DNA of 64,000 nt from Gammaproteobacteria bacterium (lineage in GTDB: Bacteria > Pseudomonadota > Gammaproteobacteria > Natronospirales > REEB76), in assembly GCA_035690065.1 (NCBI GenBank), contig DASSKW010000014.1, forward strand, positions 398-64,397. The letters are read 5' to 3'. Shown here one piece after another: positions 61,622-64,000 of this stretch (the stretch's first letter is position 1; every line of letters starts with the position of its first letter). Position numbers and translations under genes: made by a program. The notes under the pieces were generated by a model. It was not told the origin of the DNA. It saw only the letters and a program-made list of their open reading frames with translations, and ran no database searches.

Positions 61622-62269
61622 ATGAACCTTGACGATCTGAATAGAAAATTCCAGGAACTGCAGAACCTGGACCCCAAGAACATCGGCAGCTGGCCGCTGT
61701 TTGCTCGCATCCTTACTTTAGTCATGATCTTCGTCGTGGTGGTAGGCGCCGGGTACTGGTTCCTGATCCGTGACCAACGGGATCAGTTGGCCCAAGACGC
61801 CAAAAAAGAGATCGATCTGAAAAAAGAGTTTGAAGACAAAGCTTCGAAAGCGGCGAATCTTGATATCTACAAGAAGCAACTCGAAGACATGACCAAATCC
61901 TTCGGCACCATGCTGCGCCAATTACCCGGCCAGACCGAGATTCCCAGCCTGTTGCAGGATATCTCGCAGACTGCACAGGTTGATGGCCTGAAGCAGGATC
62001 TGTTCCGCCCGGAAGGCGAGATTCGCAAGGATTTCTATGCCGAGAAACCGATCCGTATCGTGGTGGAAGGCAGTTATCACTCCTTCGGCAAATTCGTCAG
62101 TGACGTGGCGGCTCTGCCACGCATCGTTACCGTACACGACATCGATATCAAACCCCTGTCTGGCGACGCCAAGGGGGATAACCTGATCATGACCCTGACC
62201 GCCAAGACGTATCGCTACCTCGAGGAAAGTGAAAGCGGGCCAAGAAAACCCAAGAAGAGAGGCCGGTGA
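61622..62269 (+). CDS. pilO: Type IV pilus assembly protein PilO
   Basis: Size, a single TM helix, a coiled coil then a ferredoxin-like domain; position in the operon. Confidence 0.88.
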   Translation: MNLDDLNRKFQELQNLDPKNIGSWPLFARILTLVMIFVVVVGAGYWFLIRDQRDQLAQDAKKEIDLKKEFEDKASKAANLDIYKKQLEDMTKSFGTMLRQLPGQTEIPSLLQDISQTAQVDGLKQDLFRPEGEIRKDFYAEKPIRIVVEGSYHSFGKFVSDVAALPRIVTVHDIDIKPLSGDAKGDNLIMTLTAKTYRYLEESESGPRKPKKRGR

Positions 62270-62814
62270 TGAACTCTTTTCATTCCAATCATCGCGCCTG
62301 TTTATTGTTGGCCCTGGCCACAGTCCCCTTGCTGTTGGCCGGTTGCGGCGATCGCATGAGTGATCTGCGTCAGTACGCGGATCAGGTCAAGGCTCGCAAA
62401 GGCGGCTACGTCGAACCGCTGCCACAAGTGAAACCATTCGAAACCTACATCTACGCGGATGCCGATAAACGTTCGCCATTCGATCCACAGTTGCAAAGCC
62501 TGAACAATCCCAATCTTCACGCGGGGTCCAATTCCGGTATTCATCCCGATTTCAATCGGAATCATGAGTACCTCGAGCAATTCCCATTGGACAGCCTGAA
62601 GATGCTGGGGACGCTCACCGAAGGTGGAACCCTGTGGGCATTGATTCGTGATGGTGACGGCATCGTGCATCGCGTCAAGACAGGTAATTACATGGGCCAG
62701 AATTTCGGAAAAATCATCAGTATTGACGATTCCGGCCTGACGTTGCGTGAAATCGTGCCGGACGGCCAGGGTGGCTGGACCGAACGGACGACCAACGTGC
62801 AACTGGGCGACTGA
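62266..62814 (+). CDS. pilP: Type IV pilus assembly lipoprotein PilP
   Basis: Lipobox 'LLAGC', a C-terminal beta-domain, and a 4-nt overlap with pilO. Confidence 0.85.
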   Translation: MMNSFHSNHRACLLLALATVPLLLAGCGDRMSDLRQYADQVKARKGGYVEPLPQVKPFETYIYADADKRSPFDPQLQSLNNPNLHAGSNSGIHPDFNRNHEYLEQFPLDSLKMLGTLTEGGTLWALIRDGDGIVHRVKTGNYMGQNFGKIISIDDSGLTLREIVPDGQGGWTERTTNVQLGD

Positions 62815-62837
62815 ACGGCAAGGTGAGGCAGCAAGCC

Positions 62838-64000
62838 ATGAACATCAAACACAATCATCCCGGGATCAGCATCGGCAGGGGGTTCGTTGGCGCATGCGCC
62901 ATGACATTAGCCCTGCTCAATATGCCGTTTGCGTTCGCGCAAAGCACTGGTACCGGTCAAAACCAATTGCAATCCATCAGTGCGACCAAGTTGACCGGTG
63001 AGCGGGTCCAGCTGGAACTGAAGCTGAGCGGCCCGGCTCCGAAACCATTGACGTTCACGGTCAACCAACCTGCACGCCTGGCACTGGATCTCAACGACAC
63101 CAGCCTCGCCCTCAAGAACCGCAAGACCAACATCAGTGTTGGCGCCGTTAACAGCGTGGTTGCCGCTGAAGCGGGTGGTCGTACCCGCGTAGTTGTCAAT
63201 CTCGGCACACTGGTGCCTTATAACGTCACCACCCAGGGCGATACCGTCTACGTGATCATCGGCAGTGGCCCCAATGATACGAGCGTGGCACAAGCCAACC
63301 CCACCAGTTTCGGACCCGCCAGCACTCCGCCGGCAGCAGCCGTCGCGGTGCCCGTCCCGGCTCCGACTGTTTCGGCACCGACGCTGGCTTCGGCGTCTGC
63401 CAAGGCGGCGACTACTCCCGCACCCGCAGCAGCTTCATCTGCGGCAGCAAGTACAACTTCGCCAGCGCCGGATACCGGCAAGACTCTAACCTCGGTGGAT
63501 TTCCGTCGTGGCAGCGGCGGTACCGCACAGGTGATGATCGATCTCAGTGATCCGAGCATCGTCGGCAATGTCCATAATGCCGGCGCCGATGTCGTGGTTG
63601 ATTTCGCCAATGCCCATCTGCCTGCCAGGCTGGTGCGGCGCATGGATGTCTCGGACTTCGCGACTCCGGTCCAGTATGTCGATGCTGAAAATACCCCGAC
63701 TGGTGCACGCTTGGTGATCCATCCGACCGGTAAATACGACAAACTCGCCTATCAGAGCGACAACACGTTCTCGGTCGAATTCAAACCTGTCTCGGAGCAG
63801 GCCTCTGCACAGGCCGGTGGTCTCGGTGGGACGTCCTACAAAGGCCAGAAGATCAGTCTGAACTTCCAGAACATCGATATCCGCGCCGTATTGCAGATAC
63901 TCGCGGATGCCAGCGGCAAGAACATCGTGGTGTCGGACAGCGTACGCGGCAACATCACCTTGCGATTGCAGGATGTACCGTGGGATGAGGCACTTGAGAT
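62838..64000 (+). CDS. pilQ: Type IV pilus secretin PilQ (5' part; gene continues beyond the window)
   Basis: Hand translation from the ATG at 62838 gives a signal peptide and two AMIN-like domains separated by an Ala/Pro/Thr/Ser linker. The secretin N0 region follows: 'ISLNFQNIDIRAVLQILAD...NIVVSDSVRGNITLRLQDVPWDEAL'. Confidence 0.9.
   Translation, partial: MNIKHNHPGISIGRGFVGACAMTLALLNMPFAFAQSTGTGQNQLQSISATKLTGERVQLELKLSGPAPKPLTFTVNQPARLALDLNDTSLALKNRKTNISVGAVNSVVAAEAGGRTRVVVNLGTLVPYNVTTQGDTVYVIIGSGPNDTSVAQANPTSFGPASTPPAAAVAVPVPAPTVSAPTLASASAKAATTPAPAAASSAAASTTSPAPDTGKTLTSVDFRRGSGGTAQVMIDLSDPSIVGNVHNAGADVVVDFANAHLPARLVRRMDVSDFATPVQYVDAENTPTGARLVIHPTGKYDKLAYQSDNTFSVEFKPVSEQASAQAGGLGGTSYKGQKISLNFQNIDIRAVLQILADASGKNIVVSDSVRGNITLRLQDVPWDEALE

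Noticed and set aside
63290-63480. Low-complexity Ala/Pro/Thr/Ser-coding stretch that looks like a DNA repeat.
   Set aside because: It is the inter-AMIN-domain linker of PilQ, in frame and continuous with conserved domains. There is no exact nucleotide tandem repeat.

Overview
This is a gene-dense, GC-rich (by eye) chromosomal window with gammaproteobacterial, Pseudomonas-like local synteny. About 70 protein genes are recognisable, and nearly all are core housekeeping. In order they are: tyrS, an M23 peptidase, anmK, erpA, a bactofilin pair, hemJ, a Fur-box/cupredoxin/FTR1 iron module, a GNAT, rppH, an HAD hydrolase, a BtuCD-like ABC importer plus an orphan lipoprotein, phzF-like, a cobalamin riboswitch with btuB, murB, ggt, yfhL, coaD, rsmD, a lipoprotein lipase, ftsYEX, rpoH, an aa3-type cytochrome c oxidase and heme A biogenesis cluster, bioBFHCD, comF, an HD-GYP and EAL c-di-GMP phosphodiesterase pair, ubiCA, recG, ridA, spoT, rpoZ, gmk, yicC, a PP2C phosphatase, rph, rdgB, hemW, rpmE, gltA, mrcA and pilMNOPQ (pilQ runs off the 3' end). 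I found no rRNA, tRNA, CRISPR array, IS element, integrase, prophage or recognisable defence island, and I cannot honestly point to a clear novel multi-gene system. Six things deserve a second look. (1) A ~124-bp long-hairpin, MITE-like or terminator-like element occurs in two ~94% identical copies 44.6 kb apart, one of them between rpoZ and spoT. (2) An unusually long (~720 bp) non-coding region upstream of rpmE carries a DnaA-box cluster and an AT-rich tract. (3) A minimal Cys-less cupredoxin plus FTR1 pair sits behind a Fur-like box. (4) The cox cluster lacks Cox11/CtaG but has an unlisted 42-aa ORF. (5) An 18-bp-stem hairpin lies just upstream of the rpoH Shine-Dalgarno. (6) Several small accessory insertions break the conserved synteny: an orphan PP2C, the HD-GYP+EAL tandem, and a lipoprotein after btuCD. 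All family calls come from motif recognition by eye; no database search was run.
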